Notes: generated by a model not told the origin, from the sequence alone. Positions 34,413-44,370 are shown, numbered from the stretch's first letter. The stretch: DNA of 64,000 nt from an uncultured Chloroflexia bacterium (GCA_963790255.1 CAWBOA010000003.1:177825-241824); one strand, 5' to 3'. Made by a program: numbers and translations.

Positions 34413-35711
34413 ATGCGCCGGATGCTTGCCCTGGCCATGATTGCCGCACTGCTGGCGCCGGGGACGGCTGCGGCGGCACCGGATGACAGCCTGCCGGCGG
34501 TCCAGGTCCGTATCGGCCTCGATCGCGTGCTGGCCGAGCATGCCTTCCTGATCATTGATGCGATGCTCACCGCACCCGATGGCGGCACCGAGCACGACGT
34601 GGCTGCCTCGGTCCTCGAGGACAATACCGGCGAGCTGCTCGAGCTTGTCGACACAGCATATGGCGCTGATGCCGCCGATGCCTTCGCCGTCCAGTGGCGG
34701 AACCACATCGCCTTCCTCGTCGACTACACCCGTGCCATTGCCGATGGAGACGACGACGCACGCGACCTGGCGGCCAGCCAACTCCAGACCTACGTCGATG
34801 ACTTCAGCGAGCTTCTCGCCACCGCGAACCCGGATCTGCCGCCCGACGTCGTCGAAGGCCTCATCGCCGAGCATGTCCAACAGCTCGAGCAGATCGCGAG
34901 CCTCAGCGAGGCCGACTACGCCGAGCTGTACTCAGGCATGCGCGAGACATACGCGCACATGTTCGTGGTTGGCGACGGCCTGACGCTCGGGATCGTGGGT
35001 CGCTTCCCTGAGACCTTCACTGGACGGGAAACTGCCTTCAGCCCGGCGATCGATCTCCGGATTACATTGGATCGCCTGCTCGGGGAGCACGTCTACCTGG
35101 CGGCGATCGCGATGCGCGCCCGTCTCAACGACGCAGCCAGCCTTCCTGCCGCGGCCGATGCGCTGGCCGCAAACTCGGCGGACTTGGCGGAGTCCATCGG
35201 TGCGATCTATGGCGACGGCGCCGAGACCGCGTTCGCGGGCCTCTGGAATGACCATACGGGCCTCTACCTCGACTACGTGGACGGGGTCGCCGACGATGAC
35301 GAGGCCGCACAGGAGGCGTCGCTGGAAGGGCTCCGGCAATACCGATCTGACTTCTCGGCGTTCCTGGCCGGGGCCAACCCGCTGCTCGAGCCGGCCGATC
35401 TGGAGTCACTCCTCCGGACGCACACCGAGCACCTGATCGAGCAGGTCGCCGAGTACGAGCAGGGCGGCTACGCGGACGCCTACGAGACCCTCCGGATGGC
35501 TTACGAACACAGCGGCGAGCTGTCAGCCGGCCTGGCCGGGGCCATCGCGGACCAGTTCCCGCAGCTGTTTCCTGATACCGCATTCGACGGAGAGCGCACG
35601 ATCCCGTCGAATCCGCTGATTGGATGGGTCCTGCTCGGCCTCGCGCTGGCCATCACGCCCCTCCGATTGGCGTTGCGCGGCGGCCCGGTTCGCCCAACGC
35701 GGGAGCCCTGA
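34413..35711 (+). CDS. secreted, C-terminally TM-anchored protein made of two roughly 190-aa helical repeats with conserved Glu/His positions
   Basis: GGGAGGA lies 8 nt upstream. Signal peptide MRRMLALAMIAALLAPGTAAAAP. The internal duplication is LDRVLAEHAFL../WRNHIAFLVDY../LIAEHVQQLEQ../TYAHMF versus LDRLLGEHVYL../WNDHTGLYLDY../THTEHLIEQV../AYEHSG. C-terminal TM helix LIGWVLLGLALAI. Confidence 0.7.
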   Translation: MRRMLALAMIAALLAPGTAAAAPDDSLPAVQVRIGLDRVLAEHAFLIIDAMLTAPDGGTEHDVAASVLEDNTGELLELVDTAYGADAADAFAVQWRNHIAFLVDYTRAIADGDDDARDLAASQLQTYVDDFSELLATANPDLPPDVVEGLIAEHVQQLEQIASLSEADYAELYSGMRETYAHMFVVGDGLTLGIVGRFPETFTGRETAFSPAIDLRITLDRLLGEHVYLAAIAMRARLNDAASLPAAADALAANSADLAESIGAIYGDGAETAFAGLWNDHTGLYLDYVDGVADDDEAAQEASLEGLRQYRSDFSAFLAGANPLLEPADLESLLRTHTEHLIEQVAEYEQGGYADAYETLRMAYEHSGELSAGLAGAIADQFPQLFPDTAFDGERTIPSNPLIGWVLLGLALAITPLRLALRGGPVRPTREP

Positions 35712-35839
35712 CTCGGGGCGGTGCCTGACCGCACCGGTTGATCACGCGGGCGCGCCGTTGACGCCGATCGTGGCGTCGATTGGGGCGCGCCCGGACGCCC
35801 CGTCGCTCTAGGCTATGCGTTCCGCTGACGCGTGCAACG

Positions 35840-37537
35840 GTGGAAGAACGACGGGTTACCGGAACCTGTGAGGAGTGCGGTCGGACCTACGGCCTCCGCA
35901 TCCCCGTGCCCGGGTCGCGCGAGCTGGCGTTCGAGCGCGTCGAGGCAGCCTTCGGCTGGTGTATCGGCTGCGGCCGATTCATCGGGCGGGCCTGCTGCTG
36001 GCGCCCGGGACTCCAATGCTCCCGATGCGTTGAGACGGGTGACAGCCTCGGCGTGGACGACGCGAGCGGAGGCTTCGCGGCGCTCGCATCCACGCGGGCC
36101 GTCATCCGTCGGCTTCACGGGGTCGGGGCGGGCTTCGCGGAGATCGAGAGCGCCTTGGCGGTGGCTCGCCACGGAGACGCCCGCGCGGCACCCGGCGCCT
36201 GGGAGGACGCCTGGCTCGCGGCAGGCGCGCTGAGGACCCGGATCGACAGCTTGCGCGACGCGGCCACGTCGCGCATCCGTGCCCTCCCGACGACCGAGGC
36301 GGATCGGGCGTTGGAGCTCGAGGCCGACCTCATCGAGGTCGCGCGCGGCCATCGCAGCCGGTGGAAGTCGGTCTCACACGAGATCGCCGAGACGGGCGTG
36401 CACCTCGCGCCTCCGGAGGCTCGATCGGCGCACATCCGGCCGGCCGGCTCGCTGGTCGCGCCGCCCCCGGCGCCCGACCCGGCGACCGAGCGGCAGCCGA
36501 TTCCGATCGCTCCCGTCGCGCGCACGGCCGTACCGATGAAGCCGCCGCCCATCTCCACGCGTGCCTCCGGGCGTGTGACCTCCCTCGTAATCGCGTCGTC
36601 GCGGCCTCGACCTGCCAGATCCGCGCCGGTGGCTGTGCCACCGGCGGGCCCGCCGAGCAGCGCGCCGGGCCCTTCTCGCCCTCGGGTGCGTGCCAGGACT
36701 CCCGTCGCCGCTTCGGTTCCGGCCCGACAGCCGACGCCCCGTCCGCCCATCCCGGTGTTGTCGCCAAGGACAGACCCAGCCGTGACCGTTGCCGCCCGCC
36801 GGTCGACGTCGGGAGTGGCCGGGCGCCGGCGCCTGCTCGCGATCGCCGCCGCCGTTGCCATCGTGCTGACTGCCGGATCGGTTCTGGCGGCGATCGTGCG
36901 CGGGCCGGCCTCCGAGGATCAGCGCCCTCCCAGCCCCGGCATCGAAGAGCCGGCCGTCGGCACCATCCCGACGACACGACCATCGATGGCCGCCGCCTCC
37001 GCGTCCGCCTCAGCTGCCCCGGCCGCGCCCGAGGCGATCGGCTTCGACCGCCAGCGGATCGGGCAGCTCGACGCATCGGAGCTGCCCTCTGCCCGTGTTA
37101 TCGGCGCGCCGGAGGTGGCCGCGTTCCCGACGCCGTTCAATCGATCCCTCCGGCTCACCGGCCCATCGTCAGCGATCTGCGTCTCAACGTCTGGCACGCC
37201 GTCAGCCATCTCACTCGACATCTATCTCGGCGAGGGCGGCGATGAAGGACGGCTGGGGTTCCGGCTGTCGCCGGCCGACGCCGATGGCAGCGCCATTGAG
37301 CTCAACGCAATCGAAGGAGTGGATGGCGAAGGCTGGCACCACCTGGCCGTCATCCGAACCGGGGATGCCGCGGTCTTGAGCCTGACGCCCATCGAGGGCG
37401 GGGCGCCGGCCATCGAGGTGCCGCTGATCGCCGACGGATCTGTGATCGCGTCCAGTCCCGGCGAGGCGTGCGTGGAGTGGTCGACCGGCTCGACGGGGGC
37501 CTCGATCTACATCGACGACGTGCGGGTCGACGACTGA
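35840..37537 (+). CDS. Cys-rich zinc-ribbon / helical / Pro-rich / TM / C-terminal beta-domain protein, paralog of 33122-34408
   Basis: TCEECGR...CIGCGRFIGRACC...CSRC, a long Pro/Ala-rich region, one TM (LLAIAAAVAIVLTAGSVLAAIV), and a C-terminal domain with VAAFPTPFNRSLRLTG ending ASIYIDDVRVDD. The start is uncertain (GTG 35840 or TTG 35780). Confidence 0.55.
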   Translation: MEERRVTGTCEECGRTYGLRIPVPGSRELAFERVEAAFGWCIGCGRFIGRACCWRPGLQCSRCVETGDSLGVDDASGGFAALASTRAVIRRLHGVGAGFAEIESALAVARHGDARAAPGAWEDAWLAAGALRTRIDSLRDAATSRIRALPTTEADRALELEADLIEVARGHRSRWKSVSHEIAETGVHLAPPEARSAHIRPAGSLVAPPPAPDPATERQPIPIAPVARTAVPMKPPPISTRASGRVTSLVIASSRPRPARSAPVAVPPAGPPSSAPGPSRPRVRARTPVAASVPARQPTPRPPIPVLSPRTDPAVTVAARRSTSGVAGRRRLLAIAAAVAIVLTAGSVLAAIVRGPASEDQRPPSPGIEEPAVGTIPTTRPSMAAASASASAAPAAPEAIGFDRQRIGQLDASELPSARVIGAPEVAAFPTPFNRSLRLTGPSSAICVSTSGTPSAISLDIYLGEGGDEGRLGFRLSPADADGSAIELNAIEGVDGEGWHHLAVIRTGDAAVLSLTPIEGGAPAIEVPLIADGSVIASSPGEACVEWSTGSTGASIYIDDVRVDD

Positions 37538-37552
37538 CCTGCCGCTTCCTGC

Positions 37553-38026
37553 CTAGGCGGCAGCCCTCGTCGCGGTCCGCGTCACCTCGCCGCGCACCGG
37601 CACGCCGAGCCCGAGGAGGAGGCCATACCCGAGGGTGGCCAGCACCGGCACGGCGTGGTTGGCGAAGACCGCGGCATCGGCGTCACGCGTGAAGGCCGCT
37701 GCCACGAGGCCCCACGCCAGGAGCGCCACGATGGGCGCGGCCACGGTGAGCGTCACGCGGACCGTGAAGAATCGGGCGAAGAAGTAGGCGAAGCACATGC
37801 CGATGAGGGCGCCGCCGGCCTGGACCACGGCCAGGCCGATGACGAAGGCGAGCTCGGGCGAGTCGGCCACCGGCAGGATGGCATGCGCCAGCGGGCGCAG
37901 CGGGAACAGGGGATCGCCGATCGCCAGCCCCGCCAGGAGCATGCCGATCGCCGCCCACACATAGCCGCCCGCAAGCCCGGCGATGAAGCCGCGATACGCG
38001 AGCCGAAGGCCGTTGACCTCGGTCAT
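37553..38026 (-). CDS. small integral membrane protein (157 aa, about 4 TM)
   Basis: ATG 38026 opens a hydrophobic helix pattern (FIAGLAGGYVWAAIGMLLAGL, FVIGLAVVQAGGALIGMCFAYFFA, ...). The upstream part of ORF 37553-38491 belongs to the KAS gene in another frame. Confidence 0.55.
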   Translation of the reverse strand: MTEVNGLRLAYRGFIAGLAGGYVWAAIGMLLAGLAIGDPLFPLRPLAHAILPVADSPELAFVIGLAVVQAGGALIGMCFAYFFARFFTVRVTLTVAAPIVALLAWGLVAAAFTRDADAAVFANHAVPVLATLGYGLLLGLGVPVRGEVTRTATRAAA

Positions 38027-38112
38027 GCGTCGAGCGTACGTCGCGAGGGCCCGGATCCCGACCGGACCGAAGGTACGGCCCAGGACGGTACGCGCGGCCC
38101 GTGGGTGGTCGA

Positions 38113-39381
38113 TCAGCCGGCGTAGCGCCCGAAGATGCTGACCGCGTTCTGGCCGCCGAAGCCGAAGCCGTTGACGGCCACGACGTCGACGCTCGCCCGC
38201 CGCGCGGCGTTCGGTACGACGTCGAGGTCGCAGGCGGGGTCCGGTCGCTCCTGGTTGATGGTCGGCGGGATGACGCCGTCGCGGATGGCCAGCACCGCCG
38301 CGAGCGCCGAGATCGCGCCCGCCGCGCCCAGCGTGTGGCCGACCATGCTCTTGTTGCTGCGTCACCGCCAGGGCGTCGGCGTGCGCCTCGTAGGCGGCGC
38401 GGATGGCCTTCGTCTCGGTGGCGTCGTTCAGCGGCGTCGACGTGCCGTGGGCCACACGACTGGACCTGCTCGCGCTCGAGGTGAGCGTCACGCACGGCTC
38501 GCCGCATCGCCAGGGTTGCGCCGTAGCCGGACGGATCCGGCGCCGAGATGTGGAACGCGTCGCCGGTCAGGGCGCCGCCAACGATCTCCGCCAAGACCGT
38601 CGCGCCGCGCGCCTCGGCATGCGCCGCGGCCTCGACCACCAGCACGCCGGCCGCCTCGCCGAACACGAAGCCGTCGCGATCGGCGTCGAACGGCCGGGAC
38701 GCCGCCTCCGGGTCGTCGTTGCGCTTCGAGAGCGCGCCCATGTTCGCGAGCGCGGCGAAGCTGACGGGAAGGATCGCGCTCTCCGTGCCGCCGGCAACGA
38801 CCACGTCGACGTCGCCGTGCTCGATGAGGCGCTGGGCCTCGACGAAGGCCTGGACCCCGGCCGCGCAGGCCGCAACCGAGGTGATGACCGGGCCGCGGAT
38901 CCCGTTCTGGATGCTGATCTGGCAGGCCGCCATGGAGGGCGACATCATCGGCACCATGAACGGGCTGACACGGGCCGGCCCCTTCGCCAGCAGGGTGTCC
39001 TGGCCGAACGCCACCTCGCCGATGCCGCCGCCACCGGTGTTCATGACCACCGCCACGTCGTCGCGGTTGTGGTCGCTGATCGCGAGCGCGGCGTCGTCGA
39101 GCGCCTGGCGCGCCGCCGCGACGGCGAACTGGGCGAAGCGCGCCATGCGGCGTGCCTGCTTGAAGTCCATCCAGTCGCGCGGATCGAAGCCCTTGACCTC
39201 GGCCGCGATCTGGACCTCGTGGTCGGAGGGGTCGAACGGCGTGATGCGGCCGACCCCGGACGTGCCCGCGGTGAGGTTCGCCCAGAAGGTGGCGACGTCA
39301 TTGCCGATGGGGGTGATCGCCCCCATGCCCGGTCACGACGGCACGCCGGCCCGGATCACGCGGCGGCGGGCTGCCGGTCAC
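38113..39381 (-). pseudogene. fabF: beta-ketoacyl-ACP synthase II, second tandem copy, interrupted by three single-base frame changes
   Basis: KAS sequence is spread over four reading-frame segments. These are VTGSPPPRDPGRRAVVTG; then MGAITPIGNDV...ITSVAACAAGV...AMRRAVRDA; then AHGTSTPLNDATETKAIRAAY; then [12 protein letters not shown]...[13 protein letters not shown]. The breaks lie near 39328-39330, 38445-38456 and 38356-38365. The catalytic Cys/His/His motifs are all still present. Confidence 0.75.
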
Positions 39382-39386
39382 CGGGC

Positions 39387-40667
39387 CTACGCCTCGAAGC
39401 GCTGCAGGATGACCGTGCTGTTGTGCCCGCCCAGGCCCATCGAGTTCGAGAGCGCCACGCGTGCCTCGGTGGCGCGCGCGACGTTCGGGACGTAGTCGAG
39501 CGTCAGCTCGGGATCGGGATGGCGGTAGTTGATCGTGGGCGGCAGACATCCGGTCGCGACCACCTTGGCGCACACGAACGCCTCGATCGCGCCCGCGGCG
39601 CCCATGGCGTGGCCAGTCATCGACTTCGTGCTCGACACGGCCAGCCGATCGGCATGCTCGCCGAAGACCTCGCGGATGGCGACGGTCTCGTATCGGTCGT
39701 TGAGTGGCGTGCTCGTGCCGTGCGCGTTGATGTAGTCGACCGCCTCGGGACCGATGCCGGCCCGGGCCAGCGCGGCACGCATCGCGCGCTGGTTGCCCTC
39801 GCCGCGCTCGGCCGGCGCCGCCATGTCGAACGCGTCAGCGGACGATCCGTAGCCGATCACCTCGGCGATCGGCCGTGCTCCCCGCGCCAGCGCGTGCTGC
39901 AGCTCCTCGAGCACGAGCACCGCGGAGCCCTCGGCCACGACGAAGCCGTTGCGGGTCGCATCGAACGGGCGCGACGCGATGGCCGGGTCGTACTCGCCGG
40001 AGTCAGGGTCGATCGGCGTCCCGAGGGCGCGCATCTGCCCGAACCCGGCGAAGGCCAGCGGGACGAGCGGCGCCTCCGTCCCGGCGCCGAGCATGAGGTC
40101 GGCCTGACCCCGCACGATCGATTCCATCGCCTCGCCGACGGCGTGGCCGCCGGTGGCGCAGGCCGAGACGACCGCCATGTTCGGCCCGCGGAGGCCGTAC
40201 TGGATCGCCACCTGGCCGGATGCCGAGTCGGGGAGCATGTGCGGCAGGAGGAATGGCGACACGCGCCGCGGCCCCCGCTCGTCGAGCGTCTTCTGGCCCT
40301 CGATGAGAATCCCGATCCCGCCGATGCCGGTCCCGAAGACCATCCCGAATCGGTCGGCGTTCACGTCGCCGCTGACCCGGCCGTCGTCGCCCAGGAGGCC
40401 GGCGTCCCGGAGGGCCTCGCCGGCGGCGGCGACCGCGAAATGGGTGTTCCGGTCGTGGCGGCGGGCGTCCTTGGCGTCCATGTACTGTCCGGCCTCGAAG
40501 CCCTTCACCTCGCCGGCCACGTCGACCTCGAACGGCGACGGATCGAAGAGGGTGATGCGGTCGATCCCGGATCGGCCCGAGACGAGCGCGTCCCAGGTGG
40601 CTTCGGCGCCGATCCCGACCGGCGAGACGACGCCGAGGCCGGTGACCACCGCGCGTCGATCGGTCAC
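39387..40667 (-). CDS. fabF: beta-ketoacyl-ACP synthase II
   Basis: RRAVVTGLGVVSPVGIG, active-site VVSACATGGHA, HGTSTPLND, SSTKSMTGHAMGAAGA and NSMGLGGHNSTV. GTG 40667 overlaps the fabD stop (GTGA). Confidence 0.9.
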   Translation of the reverse strand: MTDRRAVVTGLGVVSPVGIGAEATWDALVSGRSGIDRITLFDPSPFEVDVAGEVKGFEAGQYMDAKDARRHDRNTHFAVAAAGEALRDAGLLGDDGRVSGDVNADRFGMVFGTGIGGIGILIEGQKTLDERGPRRVSPFLLPHMLPDSASGQVAIQYGLRGPNMAVVSACATGGHAVGEAMESIVRGQADLMLGAGTEAPLVPLAFAGFGQMRALGTPIDPDSGEYDPAIASRPFDATRNGFVVAEGSAVLVLEELQHALARGARPIAEVIGYGSSADAFDMAAPAERGEGNQRAMRAALARAGIGPEAVDYINAHGTSTPLNDRYETVAIREVFGEHADRLAVSSTKSMTGHAMGAAGAIEAFVCAKVVATGCLPPTINYRHPDPELTLDYVPNVARATEARVALSNSMGLGGHNSTVILQRFEA

Positions 40668-41659
40668 GCAGGCGACTCGCGGAAGGCGCTCAGCCAGGCG
40701 CGCGGGTCGGGGAGGTCGACGGCGTGCGTCACGGCCTCCGGACTGATGCGACGAATGAGGCCCGAGAGGACGCGGCCCGGGCCGACCTCGACGAAGTCGG
40801 TGACCCCAGCCGCGGCCATGCGCCGCACACTGGCGGTCCACTGGACGCCGTGGACGAGGTGATCGGTCAGCTCGCTGCGGAGCCCGTCCGCGGTGTTGAT
40901 GACCGAGGCGTGCACATTGCCGAGCATCGGCACCTGCGGGTCGCGGAACGGGACTCGCGTCAGGATCCGGCCGAACTCGTCGCGAGCGCGTCGCATGAGC
41001 GGCGAGTGGCTGGCCACGCTCACGGTCAGGCGGACCGCCTTGCGGGCGCCGACCGTCCGGCTCATCTCGAGCGCGAAGACGAGCGCCGGGATGACGCCCG
41101 AAAGCACGATCTGGCCCGGCGCGTTCTTGTTCGCGACCGAGATCTCGCCGTGCTCACGCGCCGCATCGACGATCTCGTGGACCTGCTCGTCGGTGAGGCC
41201 GATGACGGCGCCCATGCCGCCCTCGATGCCGCGCTCCTGCATGATCCGACCACGCTCGCGGACGAGGCGCAGCGCATCGGCATAGTCGATGGCGTCCGCC
41301 GCGACCGCGGCCGCGTACTGCCCTGCCGAGTGGCCGGCGACGGCGCGGGGGACGATCTCGATGCCCTCCTCCCGCGCCTCCTCGCGCATCGCCTCGAGGA
41401 AGGCGACGCTCGCCGCGAGGATGGCGGGCTGGGCGTTGACGGTCAGGTCCAGCTCCTCGGCGGGGCCCTCCAGGATCATGCGCGACAGCGGGATCCCGAG
41501 CGCGGCGTCGGCCCGCTCATAGGCGGCGGCCGCGGCGGGGGAGCGCTTGACCAGTTCCGCGCCCATGCCAACGTACTGGGAGCCCTGGCCGGGGAACACG
41601 AAAGCGACGGTCCGGCGTGGCGGATCCGCGGTGTCGCTCGTCAGGGTGCTGTGCGTCAA
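40664..41659 (-). CDS. fabD: malonyl-CoA:ACP transacylase
   Basis: VAFVFPGQGSQYVGMG, GHSAGQYAA (active-site Ser) and SVASHSPLM. TTG start. Confidence 0.9.
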   Translation of the reverse strand: MTHSTLTSDTADPPRRTVAFVFPGQGSQYVGMGAELVKRSPAAAAAYERADAALGIPLSRMILEGPAEELDLTVNAQPAILAASVAFLEAMREEAREEGIEIVPRAVAGHSAGQYAAAVAADAIDYADALRLVRERGRIMQERGIEGGMGAVIGLTDEQVHEIVDAAREHGEISVANKNAPGQIVLSGVIPALVFALEMSRTVGARKAVRLTVSVASHSPLMRRARDEFGRILTRVPFRDPQVPMLGNVHASVINTADGLRSELTDHLVHGVQWTASVRRMAAAGVTDFVEVGPGRVLSGLIRRISPEAVTHAVDLPDPRAWLSAFRESPA

Positions 41660-41746
41660 GGTCGACTCAGAGGCTTCGGGGAACGCGCCCGAGTATAGCC
41701 GAGCGAGCGTGAAATCCCGAGATCCGAGCCTGGAATGGCGCGGCGG

Positions 41747-43132
41747 TCAGCGGGTGGCGTAGCGGGCAACGACGTCGGCCAGGACGGGGAGGCCGAATGC
41801 CAGGGCGCTGACGGGGATGCGCTCGTCGTTGGCGTGGAAGAGGCTGAGGAACGGGACGTCCGGCTCCAGCCGCACCGGCGCGAAGCCGTAGCAGGGGATG
41901 CCGAGCTGGGCGAGCGCCTTGGCATCGGTGCCGAGCGTGATCATCATCGGAACCGGGGTGCCGTCCGGGTCGGCGGCGCGGAGCGCCGAGTCCATCAGCT
42001 CCACGATGGTCGCATCGGCCGGCCACTCGACGGCCGGGAGGGTGACAACCGACTCGACGATCGCGTCGTCGCCGACGACCTTCTGCAGCTGGGCGAGCAG
42101 GCCCGCCTGGTCCGTGCCGGGCAGGGTGCGGACGTCGACCTCGGCCTCGCCGGTGCCCGGAATGACGTTCACCTTCTTGCCCGCGTGCAGGACGGTGGGG
42201 GTGACCGTGTCGCGCAGCATCGCGTCGAATGAGCGGCGCAGCACCGGGTCGTCGACGAGCTCGGCCAGACGGGCCGATGCGGCCGCCGGATCGGTGGCGG
42301 CGATCGCGGCGACCTCGCCGAGGCCGAGCGTTTCCAGGAAGTCGGCCACGACCGGGATGACCCGCGCCGGTCGCTCGGCCTGGTCGTCGGCGAGCGCCGT
42401 GACGGCTCGCGCCAGCCGGATCGCGGCGTTGGCCGGGTGGGGCATCGATCCGTGTCCCGTCGTGCCGGTCGACCGGAGCCGCGTCCAGGCCAGCCCCTTC
42501 TCGGCGACCTGGATCGCGTAGAACCGCCGGCCGGCGAGCGTCATCGAGTAGCCGCCGACCTCGTTGAGGGCGGCCGCCGCGGGCCGGCCCCGCGCGTCCC
42601 CGAAGAGCTCCGGGCGCTGCGCGACGAGGCCACGAGCCCCATGCTCGCCGCCGGCCTCCTCGTCCGCCACGGCCGCGAAGATGACGTCGCGCCGCAGCTC
42701 GGCGCCGCTGCGCTTGAGGGCGAGCATCACGCCGAGCTCCATCGCCACCATGTTCTTCATGTCGACCGCGCCGCGGCCCCAGATCACCCCGTCCACGAGG
42801 TCGGCGCCGAACGGGTCACGCGACCAGGACTCGGCGTCGACGGGCACCACGTCGAGATGGCTGAGCAGGATCAGTGGAGGCTCCGTGGTGTCGCCGCTCG
42901 CCTCCAGGCGCGCGAAGCAGGACCCTCGCCCGGGGGTGAGCTCGACCACCTCGGCGTCGATGCCGGCCCCGGTGAGCACCTCCGCGCAGTAGCGGGCCGC
43001 GGTCGTCTCCCCGCTGCTGGGATCGCGGCCCGCCGCGACGTCCGGGCCACCGCCGGGCGGGTTGACCGATGGGATGCGGATCAGACCGCGCAGGTGCTCG
43101 ATGCAGGCGTCGAGGTCGGTCGTCAGTCTCAT
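41747..43132 (-). CDS. M20-family metallopeptidase (ArgE/DapE/ACY1/CPG2-like)
   Basis: LILLSHLDVVPV, WGRGAVDMK, ADEEAGGEHG and GHGSMP motifs. ATG 43132 sits directly after the MFS gene stop. The upstream part of the 1016-aa ORF is spurious read-through. Confidence 0.85.
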   Translation of the reverse strand: MRLTTDLDACIEHLRGLIRIPSVNPPGGGPDVAAGRDPSSGETTAARYCAEVLTGAGIDAEVVELTPGRGSCFARLEASGDTTEPPLILLSHLDVVPVDAESWSRDPFGADLVDGVIWGRGAVDMKNMVAMELGVMLALKRSGAELRRDVIFAAVADEEAGGEHGARGLVAQRPELFGDARGRPAAAALNEVGGYSMTLAGRRFYAIQVAEKGLAWTRLRSTGTTGHGSMPHPANAAIRLARAVTALADDQAERPARVIPVVADFLETLGLGEVAAIAATDPAAASARLAELVDDPVLRRSFDAMLRDTVTPTVLHAGKKVNVIPGTGEAEVDVRTLPGTDQAGLLAQLQKVVGDDAIVESVVTLPAVEWPADATIVELMDSALRAADPDGTPVPMMITLGTDAKALAQLGIPCYGFAPVRLEPDVPFLSLFHANDERIPVSALAFGLPVLADVVARYATR

Positions 43133-43134
43133 GC

Positions 43135-44334
43135 TCACGTCGCGGAGCGTAGCGGCCTCGGCCGGTACACGAGCATCGCCGCGACCGAGACGAGCGGCGC
43201 GACGACGCCGACGAGCATCCCGGCGGCGATGTCGACCTGCGCCCACAGCTCGGCAGCCGTGATCGCCCCGACGAGGATCCCCACGGTCGAGGCCGCGCTG
43301 ATGATCCCGAAGGTCCGGCCCAGTCGCCGCTCCCCGGCCCGATCGGCGAGGAGGGCGTACCAGGAGGCGCTGAAGGCGGTCAGGCCGCCGCCGGCCAGCA
43401 GGGCAAGGCCGTAGGCGGCGGCATGCGGCAGGCCGAGGACGAGCCCGAGGCCGAAGTTGACGATGAGCAGCGGCGCGAGGGTGGCCACGAGGCGACGCCC
43501 GAACCGATCGGCGAGATGGGCGAGCGCCGGCCCGAGGAGGATGCTGCCGGCCCCGAAGAACGAGAAGGCGACCCCGACGTCGACCAGCGTCCATCCCAGG
43601 CGCGTGGTGGCGAGGGTGGCATACGTGGTGATGAAGCCGCCGTACGCGGCCAGCAGCGCCATATTCGCGACGAGCAGCGTCGCCAGCGCCGGCACGTCGA
43701 GCGGCTCGTCGTCCACCGGCGCGCCTGAGTCGTGCGTCTGCCGCTTTGGCGACGGCAGGAAGAGCGTGCCGACCAGGGCGATCGCGCTCGTGGCGGCGAC
43801 GATCACGAATGGCGCCCGCAGCCCGCCGAAGGTCGCGGCGAACCCGCCGACCACCGGTCCGGCCACCGTCCCCGCCGACTGGCCGGCCGACACGATCCCG
43901 TTCGCAAACGCCCGTCGCGTGGGTGCGACCACCTGGGCGAGGTAGATCCGCTCGGCGACGATCATCGCGCCGCCGCCGAAACCGGACGCCGAGCGCCAGG
44001 TGAGGAGCCATCCGGCGCTCGCCGCGGTCGCGACGAGGGCGTTCATGGCGGCGTACACGCCGAGCCCGGTCGACATGAGGCGTCGGGCGCCCCAGCGCTC
44101 GGTGAGGAACCCGGTGCCGAGCTGTCCGAGGGCGTTCGTGACCGCGAAGGCGCCGGTCAGCAGCCCGAGCACGAACGGCGGCGCCCCGAGCTCGGTCGCG
44201 TAGAGCGGCAAGAGTGGCAGCATGACCGAGATGCCGACCTGGCTGATGAAGCCGACGCTCGCCAGGAGCCACAGTGCCGGGTCGATCGCGCGCACGAGCG
44301 CGGTCGCGCGGTCCGGGATCGACGGGGCTGGCAC
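43135..44334 (-). CDS. MFS transporter
   Basis: 12-TM pattern, with the loop 2-3 motif GFLTERWGARRLM. Confidence 0.85.
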   Translation of the reverse strand: MPAPSIPDRATALVRAIDPALWLLASVGFISQVGISVMLPLLPLYATELGAPPFVLGLLTGAFAVTNALGQLGTGFLTERWGARRLMSTGLGVYAAMNALVATAASAGWLLTWRSASGFGGGAMIVAERIYLAQVVAPTRRAFANGIVSAGQSAGTVAGPVVGGFAATFGGLRAPFVIVAATSAIALVGTLFLPSPKRQTHDSGAPVDDEPLDVPALATLLVANMALLAAYGGFITTYATLATTRLGWTLVDVGVAFSFFGAGSILLGPALAHLADRFGRRLVATLAPLLIVNFGLGLVLGLPHAAAYGLALLAGGGLTAFSASWYALLADRAGERRLGRTFGIISAASTVGILVGAITAAELWAQVDIAAGMLVGVVAPLVSVAAMLVYRPRPLRSAT

Positions 44335-44370
44335 CGGCGGATGGTAGCGCCCCGGCGGCCCGGTCGGCCC

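Noticed and set aside
38113-40667. The tandem, translationally coupled KAS genes could be a type II PKS KS-alpha/KS-beta (chain-length factor) pair.
   Set aside because: Both copies retain the active-site cysteine (SACATGG and VAACAAGV), whereas chain-length factors replace it with Gln. They follow fabD. No cyclase, aromatase, ketoreductase or ACP genes are nearby.
41660-41746. TATACT hexamers on the minus strand upstream of fabD (about 41690) and upstream of the small TM ORF/wzz operon (22623-22628) as promoters.
   Set aside because: They are plausible -10 boxes, but no convincing -35 sits at 16-18 nt and the distance to the start codons is unremarkable. The evidence is too weak to list them as features.
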